From a virus (lineage: Duplodnaviria > Caudoviricetes), in the IMG/VR virus record IMGVR_UViG_3300009170_000006, positions 3,721 through 67,720 of that record: a stretch of 64,000 nucleotides of DNA; one strand, 5' to 3'. Positions within the stretch are counted from its first letter, which is position 1. The number at the start of each line of letters is the position of its first letter. Below are positions 48,633 through 58,557 of this stretch, piece by piece. The notes under the pieces were generated by a model that worked only from the letters and a program-made list of their open reading frames with translations, did not search any database and had not been told where the DNA came from. Both the position numbers and the translations under genes were made by a program.

Positions 48633-48645
48633 ATATGGCTATCCC

Positions 48646-51414
48646 CTATTTTTTCTTTTTATCACTTTTGCTTTTCACATCAAATTTATTTTTATTTTCT
48701 CTAGCTATATCCATATCCATTTGCTTCATTCTCATATCTGCTTGCATTTTTTCTCTTTCAATTTGAGCTTTCTCTCTATCATTAGTCATTCTATTTGACT
48801 CTTTAGAGCTTTGTAAGTTCATAGTATCTTGAAATTGTTCAGACTTTTGAATTTGGGCAAGAGAATCCATATAATCAGATTGCTTGTTTTCATTAATATC
48901 CTGCATAGCACCAAAGCCTGCAGACTTAATCTCAGCAACAAGGATATCTTTTCTTCTATCTTTCTCAGCCTCTTGCATTTTAGAATCAAGATCAAGTTGT
49001 TTTTCTTGAAGTCTAGTTTGCATTTCTTGCTGTTGCATTTCTTGTTCATGCTGCATTTGCTCTTGTCTTTGTTCTGTAGACTTTCTTTCAATAGATTTTA
49101 AAGCATTTGTAAGCTCTCCTAAAGATTCAGTTTGCATAATATTACCAAGATCATAGATAGAAGCACCAGCTGTGTTATTAGATACAGCTAAGTTTTTCAT
49201 TTGTTCTAGTATAGCTCTTTGATTAGCTTTAGTTGTACAGTAAATGTTTATGTCTCTAAGTAACAAGTCAGTACCATTCATCTCAAAATTAACCTTCTCA
49301 TCTGTAGAACTCATGTATTGAAGTCTTAATGATGGTTTCTTTGAATGATAGTATTGAGCTAAGTCAGTTCTCATTTGGTGTACTCTTGGCATTAGGTAAT
49401 CTGAATGCTGCATAAAGTATACTTCTGTTTGAGCATAAGAACCAGCCATAGCTTGTTCTACTCCTTTAGCTGTATCAGTTTGACCTATTTGTTGTCCAAG
49501 TCTCTGAGGAGTGATCCCTATCACTTCAAAGCACTGTTGTTTAAAATAGTTAGCCATTTGAATCCTAGATAACATTCTTTGAGTTTGCTCTAAGTTCATT
49601 ACTTGAAAATGTTGGAAGTTTAAAGCATTCTCTGTATTGTTAATACTTGTATCAAGTGGTAACATTTGAAAGTTCTTCATTGCAACATAAGCTTTGGCCA
49701 AGTTATTCTTACCCCAGTCTTCACCTAATGAATGTTGAGGTAATGCATTTTGATCTAACATAATTACAGTACCTAATTCATCTACTAGGATATCTGCAAT
49801 TTGATTATTAACAATGTTGTACCCTATTTGAAAAGGCTTCATTAAATCTACCATAGAAGTAGATCTTGTATTTCTATCATTAAATACAGCTCCTTCTACA
49901 GGAAGTTTACAACCATAAAGAGTATTATCTCCTTTAAATTGGAACTTTAATGGCCCAATAGTATTTCTATCAACACCTAAGTACATAGGATTAATACCAC
50001 CTGGGTTGTTCATACCCCAAAAAGATGGATGATTAGGTCCAATTTTTACACCACCCCAAACTTGATTAATCCATACCCAATCAATATGCTCACCAAAGAT
50101 TAAGTTATCTTTAGTTTTATTCTTGATTAATGTAGTATCATAAATAGGTTTATCAGTGATCTTATATTCTTCTCCAATGATGTCAGTTATTACTTCACCT
50201 TCTTCATTAATTTTAGTTAAGTGTCCAACTTTTCTTTGAGATTTCCAATATGCTGTAGTTGCTCTTAATAAAAAAGCTGCACCCATAGGAGCATAATCTT
50301 CATTCTCTGACATGATCCAGTTAACAATATCTCCACCATTGTAGATAAAGTTATCATACATAGATACAAATTGTCTGTAGGCTAAGCCCGGCATGTTAGT
50401 ATTAAACTCATGAGACTTAGTAGCATCATAGTAAGATCCATCATTTTGGTAACCTTGTAATGGATAACCTGCAGATCTTACAGGATAAATTGCTTCTATT
50501 GACTCTAACTGTTCTTGAGTCATCAAGTAACCATACTTATCAATAACATCAGCAATAGTTAACATTTCAATTTTACCTACCCAGTTTCCTTGAGATATAT
50601 ATCTTGCATCAGGTGACTTATGATAGAATGTAGTTACAGGATTCCATAACTCTACGTCATAATCATCTTCATTCATCTTCATGTGCCAGAACTCACGGTC
50701 AGTAATAAGCATATCTCTAAACCCTCTTTCCTCAAGTTCATCCATTCTAAATCTATCTTCATCAATCTTAAACTGATGAGTAGCCCATTGTTCACATAAG
50801 CTTTTATAACTTTTATCAAAAAAGTTTTGTATTTCTGGTAAAGATTTAAGAGCTTCTGGAGAAGTTTGTTGTTGCATTTGTTGTTGAACTTCAGGATCTT
50901 CCGGATCCATACCTTGATCTATCATCTTAGCCATAAGCTTTTGTTCAGCTTTTTGCATTAAGACTTGTTCAATTTGTGATCTTTTTTCTTCAAGCATCTC
51001 ATTATGAGAGTACTCATCTACACCACGGAAGGTAATCTTAGTATTTCTTTTAGCAAACTCAGCAACTAGTACATTAACCACATTTGGGATAATAGGATAG
51101 AACTTAAGCTCTAAAGCACTAGCATCTTCTTGAGCTAAAGAGTCAACTATGTCTCTCATCTCATTGTCAGCTTCTACAAGATAATCAGTTTTATCAATAG
51201 TACCTTTAGCTAGTTTGTAGTTTTTCATTAACCTTCTAGCATTTCTTCTGATCTGTTTAAGGCCATTCCACTCTAACCAGTCAAGATTCCAGGCTGTCCA
51301 CTCAGGATTTTTATCTTTCTTTGATAAAAACTGCAGAGGCTGTGTAATAGAACCCATTCTATTATACTCGGCTTTCTTGCCTGACTTCATCTGCATTGCA
51401 TTAAGAACTTGCAT
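48646..51414 (-). CDS. Portal protein
   Basis: 922 aa directly after TerL; YPIIPNVVNVLVAE, CKLP, SMVDLMKPFQIGYN, GITPQRLG; Q-rich C-terminal coiled coil. Confidence 0.88.
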   Translation of the reverse strand: MQVLNAMQMKSGKKAEYNRMGSITQPLQFLSKKDKNPEWTAWNLDWLEWNGLKQIRRNARRLMKNYKLAKGTIDKTDYLVEADNEMRDIVDSLAQEDASALELKFYPIIPNVVNVLVAEFAKRNTKITFRGVDEYSHNEMLEEKRSQIEQVLMQKAEQKLMAKMIDQGMDPEDPEVQQQMQQQTSPEALKSLPEIQNFFDKSYKSLCEQWATHQFKIDEDRFRMDELEERGFRDMLITDREFWHMKMNEDDYDVELWNPVTTFYHKSPDARYISQGNWVGKIEMLTIADVIDKYGYLMTQEQLESIEAIYPVRSAGYPLQGYQNDGSYYDATKSHEFNTNMPGLAYRQFVSMYDNFIYNGGDIVNWIMSENEDYAPMGAAFLLRATTAYWKSQRKVGHLTKINEEGEVITDIIGEEYKITDKPIYDTTLIKNKTKDNLIFGEHIDWVWINQVWGGVKIGPNHPSFWGMNNPGGINPMYLGVDRNTIGPLKFQFKGDNTLYGCKLPVEGAVFNDRNTRSTSMVDLMKPFQIGYNIVNNQIADILVDELGTVIMLDQNALPQHSLGEDWGKNNLAKAYVAMKNFQMLPLDTSINNTENALNFQHFQVMNLEQTQRMLSRIQMANYFKQQCFEVIGITPQRLGQQIGQTDTAKGVEQAMAGSYAQTEVYFMQHSDYLMPRVHQMRTDLAQYYHSKKPSLRLQYMSSTDEKVNFEMNGTDLLLRDINIYCTTKANQRAILEQMKNLAVSNNTAGASIYDLGNIMQTESLGELTNALKSIERKSTEQRQEQMQHEQEMQQQEMQTRLQEKQLDLDSKMQEAEKDRRKDILVAEIKSAGFGAMQDINENKQSDYMDSLAQIQKSEQFQDTMNLQSSKESNRMTNDREKAQIEREKMQADMRMKQMDMDIARENKNKFDVKSKSDKKKK

Positions 51415-51420
51415 ATTTTT

Positions 51421-53622
51421 TTATTTTAAATTTTTAAATGGTGTTCTTGGTGGTCTTCTATCACTTCCTCCAGAATTCTTTCCCATATGTCTGAAAGGGC
51501 TGTTAGTAAATTTATACAAATTTTTTGAATTATCCAAGCTTTTTTTACCTGTATCTTCAAATCTTTTCATTACTCCTCTGTTTGCTTCTTGCACTTTTGC
51601 AAAAGCAATTAATGCTCCTAGTGCAATTAACCTATCCACATTGAGTCCATCTCTATAATGTTGCATTTCTACCATAGCCATTATATCAGGAATTCTCTCA
51701 ATGCCATATATAGTTTTATATATCTTTCCATCTTCTCCAACTTCGGTATCTAGTTCTTCTCTACAGAAATCTACAAGATAAGGAAGCATGTGAGCTCTAA
51801 ATATACTACCTGTATTTCTCCAACCATATTCTTGATATGTAGAATTAACATACTCAATATCTTTTCTAAAGGTCATCTGGTCTTTAGGAACCAGATACTT
51901 CTGTTTTTTCTTTTTAACCATATGAGTGATAAATCCAGGAACATTGCTTTCAACTAATGTCCAAGCATTATACCACTCAATGATATGTTCTAACCTTTCA
52001 TGTGTCTTATTAACATCATCAAACCTTCCACACCAAGAAGCTACAATCTTATCTTGTTCTACATGAGTAGTTACTTCATGAGCATCTTTTCTAGTTACTT
52101 CAACTGGAATCTTATATACATAAATTGAACACAAAGAGTCTGAACTAGTAGTCTTACCTTGAGCCACCGGGTCAATAGAAGCATAATAAGTTCCCCATTT
52201 AGCATCTTTAATAGGCCTCTCATAAACTACAATCACACCTGTTTTATCTTCAGTATTCTTAGTAATAGGAAATTCAGTAATAGGAATCTTTCTACTTTTT
52301 TCTGCAACAAAACTACCATCAGCATTCTTGTTAAGATCTATAAACTCTGTTACATAATCTTTTTCTTCAATTCTCCTCTTTTGAGCAGCAACCAGATGAC
52401 TAGGAAATATGGATACAGTTCTTGTAGCAAAAGCCTCTTCAATATTTCTAGGATGCTGAGACAACTCTAATTGATATTCTTCCGGAGCTAAATCTTTTTT
52501 CTTTCTATCAAAGTATTCATCTAGCATTTTTAAAGCTTCCTCTACTTGAGAATTACCAAACTCATCCACACATGGTGGCATTGACCATTGCTCAGGAATA
52601 AATAAGCCAGATCTACCAAAGGTATCTTTAGCATCAAGCAAGTTAGACTCTACATAAAATATATCATTAGCTTCTGGATGTAAGATCATCTTTCTTAATG
52701 GATCACATTGATCAAGATCACCCACTGAACCTGCTGCAATAAATGTACCTGTTGTAATCATACCAGATTTTAAAGCTGGCTTCATATATCCAAAAGTCTC
52801 ATTCATCTTAGGAGCAATTCCAGCCTCTTCATGAAAGAAGTAAGTACACGGCCCACCTACACCTGCAGTTGCATCTTTCTCAAAAGATGTTCCTTTAAGC
52901 ACACCTTTCAAACCTTTATTAGTTTTTCTATTTTGGCCAGGTACTGAAGTCTCAATTTGCTGTTGCCAATCAAGAACTTTTCCTGGATTCATAGGTCTAT
53001 ACCAAGCAGTATTATCATCCAAGAAGTTTCTGTATTCATTTAAGAATCTCCAAGTATCATTTACATATGTCTTAAGACTAGCTCCTATTTTTAAAATAGG
53101 TGTTTCTTCAAACCATATAGCATTAATAAGTTTAGCTGCATGAAAGTATGAAGAAGCAATCTGTCTTTTCTTTAGGATAGCCACATGCTTATAAAATAAT
53201 TCTGCTAAGACTTCATACAAAGCCATATGATACTGAGCATCTCTAATATCAGGAAAAGAAAACTTTCGTATTTCTTTATTGTTAATTGGTAGGAAGTTGA
53301 GCCACATATAGTACTCTCTAGTGAGGTACCAAGTTTTTCCTTTATTCTTGTAGATAACTCCTTTTCTACATCTGGTTTTTTGTTCATCCCAATAAGTAAT
53401 ATAATCTTTACTCTTTACAGGAGCAGCTACATAAAATTTAAAATCATTATATTTATTAGCTTCTTCTCTAAAGACAATAGAAGTTTCATCAAACTCATAT
53501 TTACCCGGTTCTTTAAATACAGACAATACAAAGTCTCTAAACTCAGTTCTAGTTGAAAAACTTGTAGTAGTCCATGTACCATTATCCCAGGTAGGTATAT
53601 CAGTATAGAAGAACTTATCCAT
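51421..53622 (-). CDS. terL: Terminase large subunit
   Basis: 733 aa; ILKKRQIASS (Walker A region), FFHEEAG (Walker B), ASIDPV and NVDRLIA (RNase H-like nuclease). Confidence 0.92.
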   Translation of the reverse strand: MDKFFYTDIPTWDNGTWTTTSFSTRTEFRDFVLSVFKEPGKYEFDETSIVFREEANKYNDFKFYVAAPVKSKDYITYWDEQKTRCRKGVIYKNKGKTWYLTREYYMWLNFLPINNKEIRKFSFPDIRDAQYHMALYEVLAELFYKHVAILKKRQIASSYFHAAKLINAIWFEETPILKIGASLKTYVNDTWRFLNEYRNFLDDNTAWYRPMNPGKVLDWQQQIETSVPGQNRKTNKGLKGVLKGTSFEKDATAGVGGPCTYFFHEEAGIAPKMNETFGYMKPALKSGMITTGTFIAAGSVGDLDQCDPLRKMILHPEANDIFYVESNLLDAKDTFGRSGLFIPEQWSMPPCVDEFGNSQVEEALKMLDEYFDRKKKDLAPEEYQLELSQHPRNIEEAFATRTVSIFPSHLVAAQKRRIEEKDYVTEFIDLNKNADGSFVAEKSRKIPITEFPITKNTEDKTGVIVVYERPIKDAKWGTYYASIDPVAQGKTTSSDSLCSIYVYKIPVEVTRKDAHEVTTHVEQDKIVASWCGRFDDVNKTHERLEHIIEWYNAWTLVESNVPGFITHMVKKKKQKYLVPKDQMTFRKDIEYVNSTYQEYGWRNTGSIFRAHMLPYLVDFCREELDTEVGEDGKIYKTIYGIERIPDIMAMVEMQHYRDGLNVDRLIALGALIAFAKVQEANRGVMKRFEDTGKKSLDNSKNLYKFTNSPFRHMGKNSGGSDRRPPRTPFKNLK

Positions 53623-53815
53623 TAATTAATTTTTTAATTTTCTTGGCATCTCCACCAGTTTTATGGATTATGTCAATCAATGTATTATAGTTTTTTGAAC
53701 TTAATACATTTTCTAATTCTCCATTAAAGTACTGGCTACTCTCATCTCTTCTGAAAGCATTCCAAACTTTAGTATAAGGGTTATAATGAAATAACCAGTC
53801 ATATAAGTTTTCCAT
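53615..53815 (-). CDS. Hypothetical protein
   Basis: MENLYDWLFHYNPYTKVWNAF...; alternative start at 53836; overlaps the terL start. Confidence 0.6.
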   Translation of the reverse strand: MENLYDWLFHYNPYTKVWNAFRRDESSQYFNGELENVLSSKNYNTLIDIIHKTGGDAKKIKKLING

Positions 53816-53825
53816 AGTATTTTCT

Positions 53826-54338
53826 TTATTGATCATAAGCTAAAGAGCCTCCACCTCTTGTTCTAGTTTGTTGTTCATCTTGTAAATCTTTATATACTCC
53901 TTTGTAAGATTGTCTTACAGAGTCAAAATCTTTTGCTATTCTTAGTAAAGCTGTAGCAGATCCATCTCTACCAAAAGTAGGTTTAGTCTCAGCCATTACC
54001 TGGGCCATGTTATCTAATGCTATCTTAATACCTACATAAGCTCTTGAAGTAGGAGACTCATGTAATTCTTTACATCTTTTTAATGCTTCCATAATTAAGT
54101 CATCTTCACAAAAGAAATTAGCATTTACATCTTTAAGTATTGTTTCTTCTTTCTCTTCTTCAGGCATATTAAAATAAGGATTAAGATCCTCATTAGGACA
54201 TGTCATATAAAATAAATAAGCATATATGGCCATATGATCTTCAGGGTATTCATCCATTACATCCTTAAGAAACTTTATTGTGTAACAATGTTCAGTAGGT
54301 ATAATCACTCCATTACTTAAATCAAACAGTTTTATCAT
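53826..54338 (-). CDS. Conserved protein upstream of terL (possible terminase small subunit)
   Basis: 170 aa, helical, C-terminal RTRGG; position. Confidence 0.5.
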   Translation of the reverse strand: MIKLFDLSNGVIIPTEHCYTIKFLKDVMDEYPEDHMAIYAYLFYMTCPNEDLNPYFNMPEEEKEETILKDVNANFFCEDDLIMEALKRCKELHESPTSRAYVGIKIALDNMAQVMAETKPTFGRDGSATALLRIAKDFDSVRQSYKGVYKDLQDEQQTRTRGGGSLAYDQ

Positions 54339-54498
54339 TTTTTATTTTATTTAGTTTAGTACAGAACAAGTCTTCTTTTATAGTATCTACAAATTCAAAT
54401 TTAGCATAAGTTATACACTTACCATCTTTGTCTTTTTCTATACAAATTTTTAGTTCATCTTTCCAAAAATTCAAGTGTTGAAACTCATCATTGCTCAT
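54322..54498 (-). CDS. Hypothetical protein (not in ORF track)
   Basis: 58 aa, MSNDEFQHLNFWKDELKIC...; fills the gap and overlaps both neighbours. Confidence 0.45.
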   Translation of the reverse strand: MSNDEFQHLNFWKDELKICIEKDKDGKCITYAKFEFVDTIKEDLFCTKLNKIKNDKTV

Positions 54499-54775
54499 TA
54501 GTAATCTTTTTTATTTTTTTAGGTTTAGGTAATACTTTGCTTTTGTAAATATAATCAAATTCACCATAAGTTACATCTAAACATAAGCTTAAACCTGACT
54601 CTAGGATAATTACTGTATAAGGTTCTTTTTCTCCATCAGTATCTAAAGATTCTCTATAATAACTAATATCAAAAATATTAAATGAGCATCTTGCAAATTG
54701 TAAATGCTCTATACCAAGATCTTCTTTCATCTTGCTATTCTCCATTACTAAATTAAATTCTACTATCTCTTTCAT
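54488..54775 (-). CDS. Hypothetical protein
   Basis: Probable start MKEIV at 54775, right after the upstream stop. Confidence 0.55.
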   Translation of the reverse strand: MKEIVEFNLVMENSKMKEDLGIEHLQFARCSFNIFDISYYRESLDTDGEKEPYTVIILESGLSLCLDVTYGEFDYIYKSKVLPKPKKIKKITNEQ

Positions 54776-54776
54776 A

Positions 54777-55595
54777 TTATTTTTTATTATCATTTAACCA
54801 ATTGATCATTGCAATAACTTCAGACTTCATATAAGGTGTTTCATATGGTACAACAGTTTTAACTATTGGATTACCTTCAGAATTTTTTAAAGGAATTGGG
54901 TTACCAAATTTATCTTCACCCTCTTTCTCAAAAATTACATGATGTAACATAAGTTTACCTGCTTTATATCTTGGGTTATGCTTTAACATAATATACATAT
55001 AAATACTTAATTGTAAGGCATAATGATTATAGTTACAATCATCAAGATGAGCTAGAGGTCCAGACATCTTAACTGATTTACCTTCCCAGTTTACAAAGCT
55101 TGCTACCTTTATTTCTTTGTTAGTTTTGTAGTCAATGATATCTATAACATCCTTAACAACTTCTACTCTATCTGATTGGCCACATACTCCTGCAGATTTT
55201 AAAAATACAAAATGCTCTGGATAGATTCCTTCAGTAAGTCTTTGTACAGGAGCTTTCTTAATTTTACCCTCCCATATTGGTTTGATAATAGGGATATTTA
55301 TCCCCTGTCTTTGTATAGTATCAATACTCATAAGATCAGATTCTCTTTGATCATGATACCAAGATCCAGCTGTTATAGCTCTATCAGTTTCACTTAACCA
55401 ATGACCCTTTATTTCTTCAGGATCTAAACCATACCACTTAGATTTCTTATTCTTAGAAGACTTAATTGCTTGAGCAGCAGCATCAAACTTTTGTTTGAAC
55501 ATTGCCACAAAACTAGTTACACTAGTCCATTCTATTCTATCATCAGGATCAAGACTTTGATACTTATGATTTTCTGCTTGAAATATTACTGACAT
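54777..55595 (-). CDS. PD-(D/E)XK superfamily nuclease (Cas4/exonuclease-like)
   Basis: SVTSFV, GSWYH, GQSD...IIDYKT, HYALQLSIY. Confidence 0.85.
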   Translation of the reverse strand: MSVIFQAENHKYQSLDPDDRIEWTSVTSFVAMFKQKFDAAAQAIKSSKNKKSKWYGLDPEEIKGHWLSETDRAITAGSWYHDQRESDLMSIDTIQRQGINIPIIKPIWEGKIKKAPVQRLTEGIYPEHFVFLKSAGVCGQSDRVEVVKDVIDIIDYKTNKEIKVASFVNWEGKSVKMSGPLAHLDDCNYNHYALQLSIYMYIMLKHNPRYKAGKLMLHHVIFEKEGEDKFGNPIPLKNSEGNPIVKTVVPYETPYMKSEVIAMINWLNDNKK

Positions 55596-55602
55596 GTTAA
55601 GT

Positions 55603-55713
55603 TTATTTAAAAAATTTTGATATTAATTGTGCTATATAAACAGGTATGCAAAGTATAGTAGTTATGATTGGTTTAAATAATAAAGCCACAACTATTAAGA
55701 TAACTAAACTCAT
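55603..55713 (-). CDS. Small hydrophobic membrane peptide (not in ORF track)
   Basis: 36 aa, MSLVILIVVALLFKPIITTILCIPVYIAQLISKFFK; ATGA overlap with the upstream gene. Confidence 0.45.
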   Translation of the reverse strand: MSLVILIVVALLFKPIITTILCIPVYIAQLISKFFK

Positions 55714-55988
55714 AATGTTTCAATTTTCCATCTAGGACCATCAGGATGTGCACACTCTGATTCAAGTGATCTTAGTTTCATAGATAAACTACAGCCACAT
55801 GCTGAACAACAAGGCTGTGTTCCTACTAGCATACATGAAGTTCCTACAGTATCCATAAGAGGACAACCATCACAGATCTTCTTCCTCTTGTTGTATATTA
55901 CTTCTATTGGATCTTTCTTGAAGATCTTGTTCTTGAACCCCTCCCATATTAGGGCTTTGTTCTTCCATATTGTTTTCAAGTTTATCAT
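55710..55988 (-). CDS. Small Cys-rich Zn-binding protein
   Basis: CDGC...C...CCSACGC..K.RS..SEC....W. Confidence 0.65.
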   Translation of the reverse strand: MINLKTIWKNKALIWEGFKNKIFKKDPIEVIYNKRKKICDGCPLMDTVGTSCMLVGTQPCCSACGCSLSMKLRSLESECAHPDGPRWKIETL

Positions 55989-56343
55989 TTTTTCTCTTTT
56001 CTTTTTTGTTGGTTAATCTATTATCTTCTACTGCTTTAAGTTCTTTAATAGTTTTTATTTTTTCTACTTTATCTTTAATGTCTTGTGCCATTTTATACTT
56101 AGAGAAATTACCTTCAATTCTTCCTAGTATTTGTTCATAGTGCTCTACTGCTTCATCTAACTTCCAATGCTTTACTTTAAAAGTTCCCAAACTGGGAATA
56201 TTTATACTTGGATATGTTAAATCACTGATCTCTTTTCTTACACGTGTCCAATAAAAGTCTAATATTGAACATATCAATTCTTCTGAATAACCTGTATCTT
56301 CAGCAGTTGCTTTTCTAAAATCCTTAGCTTTCTTGGGTATCAA
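55870..56343 (-). CDS. HU/IHF-like DNA-binding protein
   Basis: Two helices followed by SINIPSLGTFKV (HU beta-turn). Confidence 0.65.
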   Translation of the reverse strand: MIPKKAKDFRKATAEDTGYSEELICSILDFYWTRVRKEISDLTYPSINIPSLGTFKVKHWKLDEAVEHYEQILGRIEGNFSKYKMAQDIKDKVEKIKTIKELKAVEDNRLTNKKEKRKNDKLENNMEEQSPNMGGVQEQDLQERSNRSNIQQEEEDL

Positions 56344-56737
56344 TGCAGTAAAGTTTATAATCTAATAATATGTTACCTTCAGTTTGAATCTTAAGATCTT
56401 TGTTTAGCTCAATTGTTTTATTATGACCTAATCCATCTTTACTAATAATATTATAGTTAGCCAACTTAGCCAGTGAATTTCTTACTGTCTGAGGTGTTTT
56501 AAATATTGTCTTAGTATGAGATAGAGTTGATTCTTTATCCTTGTTTTCAGGAGCACAACAAGCATTACAAAAATCTGATAACTCTGCTTTTACATTGAGA
56601 CCAAGAAGAGTAAGACAGTTAAGCTCAGAATCACTTATTGTTATTTTGTTTATATAACAATAGGTAATTATCTGAAACTTAATAATCTCATCTAAGGCCA
56701 TAGAGACCTTCTTGTCTACTTTATTAACTTTTGCCAT
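56324..56737 (-). CDS. Hypothetical protein, possible winged-helix DNA-binding
   Basis: ISDSELNCL...FKTPQTVRNSLAKLANYNIISK. Confidence 0.5.
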   Translation of the reverse strand: MAKVNKVDKKVSMALDEIIKFQIITYCYINKITISDSELNCLTLLGLNVKAELSDFCNACCAPENKDKESTLSHTKTIFKTPQTVRNSLAKLANYNIISKDGLGHNKTIELNKDLKIQTEGNILLDYKLYCIDTQES

Positions 56738-56760
56738 GTTGGTTTAATTGACTAATTTAA

Positions 56761-57054
56761 TTAAGCTTTCTTTAATTTTCTTTCTTTAGGTTCTTCAGTA
56801 GGAGGTGCAGGTGTTTCTGAAGGTTCTTCTTCCTCTTCTTCTTGTTGAGGTGCAGCCATCTGAGCTTGTCTCATGATCATGGTCATTCTCTTAACTCTTT
56901 GTTCTTCAATATCAGCTAACATAGTTTCATATGCTAACTGAGCTTTGAGTACATAGACTTGTTTCTCATAGTATTTTACTAGATTAGTTCTTCTTTGCTC
57001 CAGTTGTTCTGGGGTAAGATTCTCTACTGTCTCTTGGTTGGTTTCTTCTGACAT
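56761..57054 (-). CDS. Hypothetical coiled-coil protein
   Basis: 97 aa, acidic tail, own promoter. Confidence 0.6.
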   Translation of the reverse strand: MSEETNQETVENLTPEQLEQRRTNLVKYYEKQVYVLKAQLAYETMLADIEEQRVKRMTMIMRQAQMAAPQQEEEEEEPSETPAPPTEEPKERKLKKA

Positions 57055-57079
57055 TGGTTTAAATTTTAAAAGTTATATG

Positions 57080-57110
57080 CAAATATACTTTAAAGTTTTA
57101 AACTTTCAAA
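57080..57110 (-). promoter_or_regulatory. Bacteroidota sigmaA-type promoter
   Basis: TTTG (57107-57110), 19-nt spacer, TATATTTG (57080-57087). Confidence 0.7.
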
Positions 57111-57121
57111 ATTTATTTTAC

Positions 57122-57520
57122 TTAATTTTCATCTTCATCATCAGATTCTTCTTCAGGTTCTGGATCATCAGGTAAAACTTCTGGTAAGAAAAGCTCCTCT
57201 AAAGGACTCCTTGCAAAGCTTTCAGCCCAAGCACTGTATACAGTTTTGTATTCTGTATTAAATAATTCTACAAACTTATCTATAGAATAAGATCCATATA
57301 AGTGATCTCCATCACTTAAAAATATTTTAATACATCTAACCGGGTTATCTCCATCAAACAATACATACTCTCTAAAAGAAGTAACCTTTACTGCATTAAG
57401 ATCTATATAATAATCAAACCTATACCAGCTACCATCTATAGGCTCAGTTCTTTCTACTCCATCCATGAAATATTGTCTTTCATGTTTATCAAAGATTCTT
57501 ATTTTAAACAGGAAGGTCAT
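57122..57520 (-). CDS. Hypothetical protein
   Basis: 132 aa, acidic tail; ATGA-coupled to the upstream gene. Confidence 0.6.
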   Translation of the reverse strand: MTFLFKIRIFDKHERQYFMDGVERTEPIDGSWYRFDYYIDLNAVKVTSFREYVLFDGDNPVRCIKIFLSDGDHLYGSYSIDKFVELFNTEYKTVYSAWAESFARSPLEELFLPEVLPDDPEPEEESDDEDEN

Positions 57521-58542
57521 AATATATGATTATTATGTATTCTATAATTATTTACAATAGCTACTCCATTGTTCATTTTAATATGTGCAAAACCTACATT
57601 CCATATAGTATGTGCAAAAGGCATATACTGAGGATTAAGATCACACAAGCATCCTACAGAATAAACCTTAGTAAGGTTGTTGTTTAAGTCAGTTTCAATA
57701 TTTTCATGAGTTTTATGCTTATCTCCTGCAATAGCATTTGCTCTTGCTCTCATCCATAAAGCTCTGGCCGGGTTAATTCCACCTGCACCTCTAAACTCAT
57801 TACCATGAATAACATTTAAATCTCCAAATTTAGATAAGGTTTCATTCTCAATCCAAATAATTTTATGCTCAGCAAGCTTTAATATAACAGGTAATTCAAA
57901 CTCAGGACAGCCCATAATTTCTGGAGCTTTTCTCATAAGTAATCTTAACCATCTTCTTTCATGGTTTCCTTCTTTATAATAAATAGTTGCTTTAGGAAAG
58001 ATCTCTCTTAACTGTGTAAAAAACTCTTGAGCTACTTGGAACTCTTCTGTTATCATAGCATTGTTAGGAAGCTTCTCATGAGAGCTGGCACCATACATAT
58101 CCAGTATATCACCATTTAACCATACACAGTCTACATCATTATCAACACCATATTTAATAGCCAGGTTTAAAGCCATATCATCTTGGTAAGGTAAGTGTAT
58201 ATCACTAAGAAATAAAATGTTTTTTATACTTGTGGGTAAGGTGAATATTTTAAGTTTGGTAGAATTGTTCTTAAGTTTAATCTCTGAATTTCTTGTATCA
58301 TAATTCAAAGGTTTTGCAAATTCAGTAACTTTAAGATTATTTTTACCTCCACTATGATGTCTATATCTTCTTATAAGTCCTCTAGCTGATTCAAAGTTTA
58401 AAAAATGTTCTTTGTTTTCATTATACATTTTTTTAGCTAATGTATAATCTTTTACTTCAGGATGTTTTTTTAAATACTTTTCTGCTATTTTTTGAATTGA
58501 ACTTTTTTTTACTTCTGGCTCTACTGGTTTTTTAACGGGCAT
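57517..58542 (-). CDS. Calcineurin-like metallophosphoesterase
   Basis: SDIH, NGDILD, EGNHE, IHG, GDKH motifs. Confidence 0.88.
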   Translation of the reverse strand: MPVKKPVEPEVKKSSIQKIAEKYLKKHPEVKDYTLAKKMYNENKEHFLNFESARGLIRRYRHHSGGKNNLKVTEFAKPLNYDTRNSEIKLKNNSTKLKIFTLPTSIKNILFLSDIHLPYQDDMALNLAIKYGVDNDVDCVWLNGDILDMYGASSHEKLPNNAMITEEFQVAQEFFTQLREIFPKATIYYKEGNHERRWLRLLMRKAPEIMGCPEFELPVILKLAEHKIIWIENETLSKFGDLNVIHGNEFRGAGGINPARALWMRARANAIAGDKHKTHENIETDLNNNLTKVYSVGCLCDLNPQYMPFAHTIWNVGFAHIKMNNGVAIVNNYRIHNNHIL

Positions 58543-58557
58543 AATGTGAGTTTTAAA

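Noticed and set aside
45586-53622. Introns or inteins in terL, portal or MCP
   Set aside because: The ORFs are uninterrupted and of ordinary size, and I saw no intein splice motifs or LAGLIDADG blocks.
54777-55595. CRISPR-Cas system suggested by a Cas4-like nuclease
   Set aside because: No repeat-spacer array or other cas genes were seen. Stand-alone PD-(D/E)XK nucleases are common in phages.
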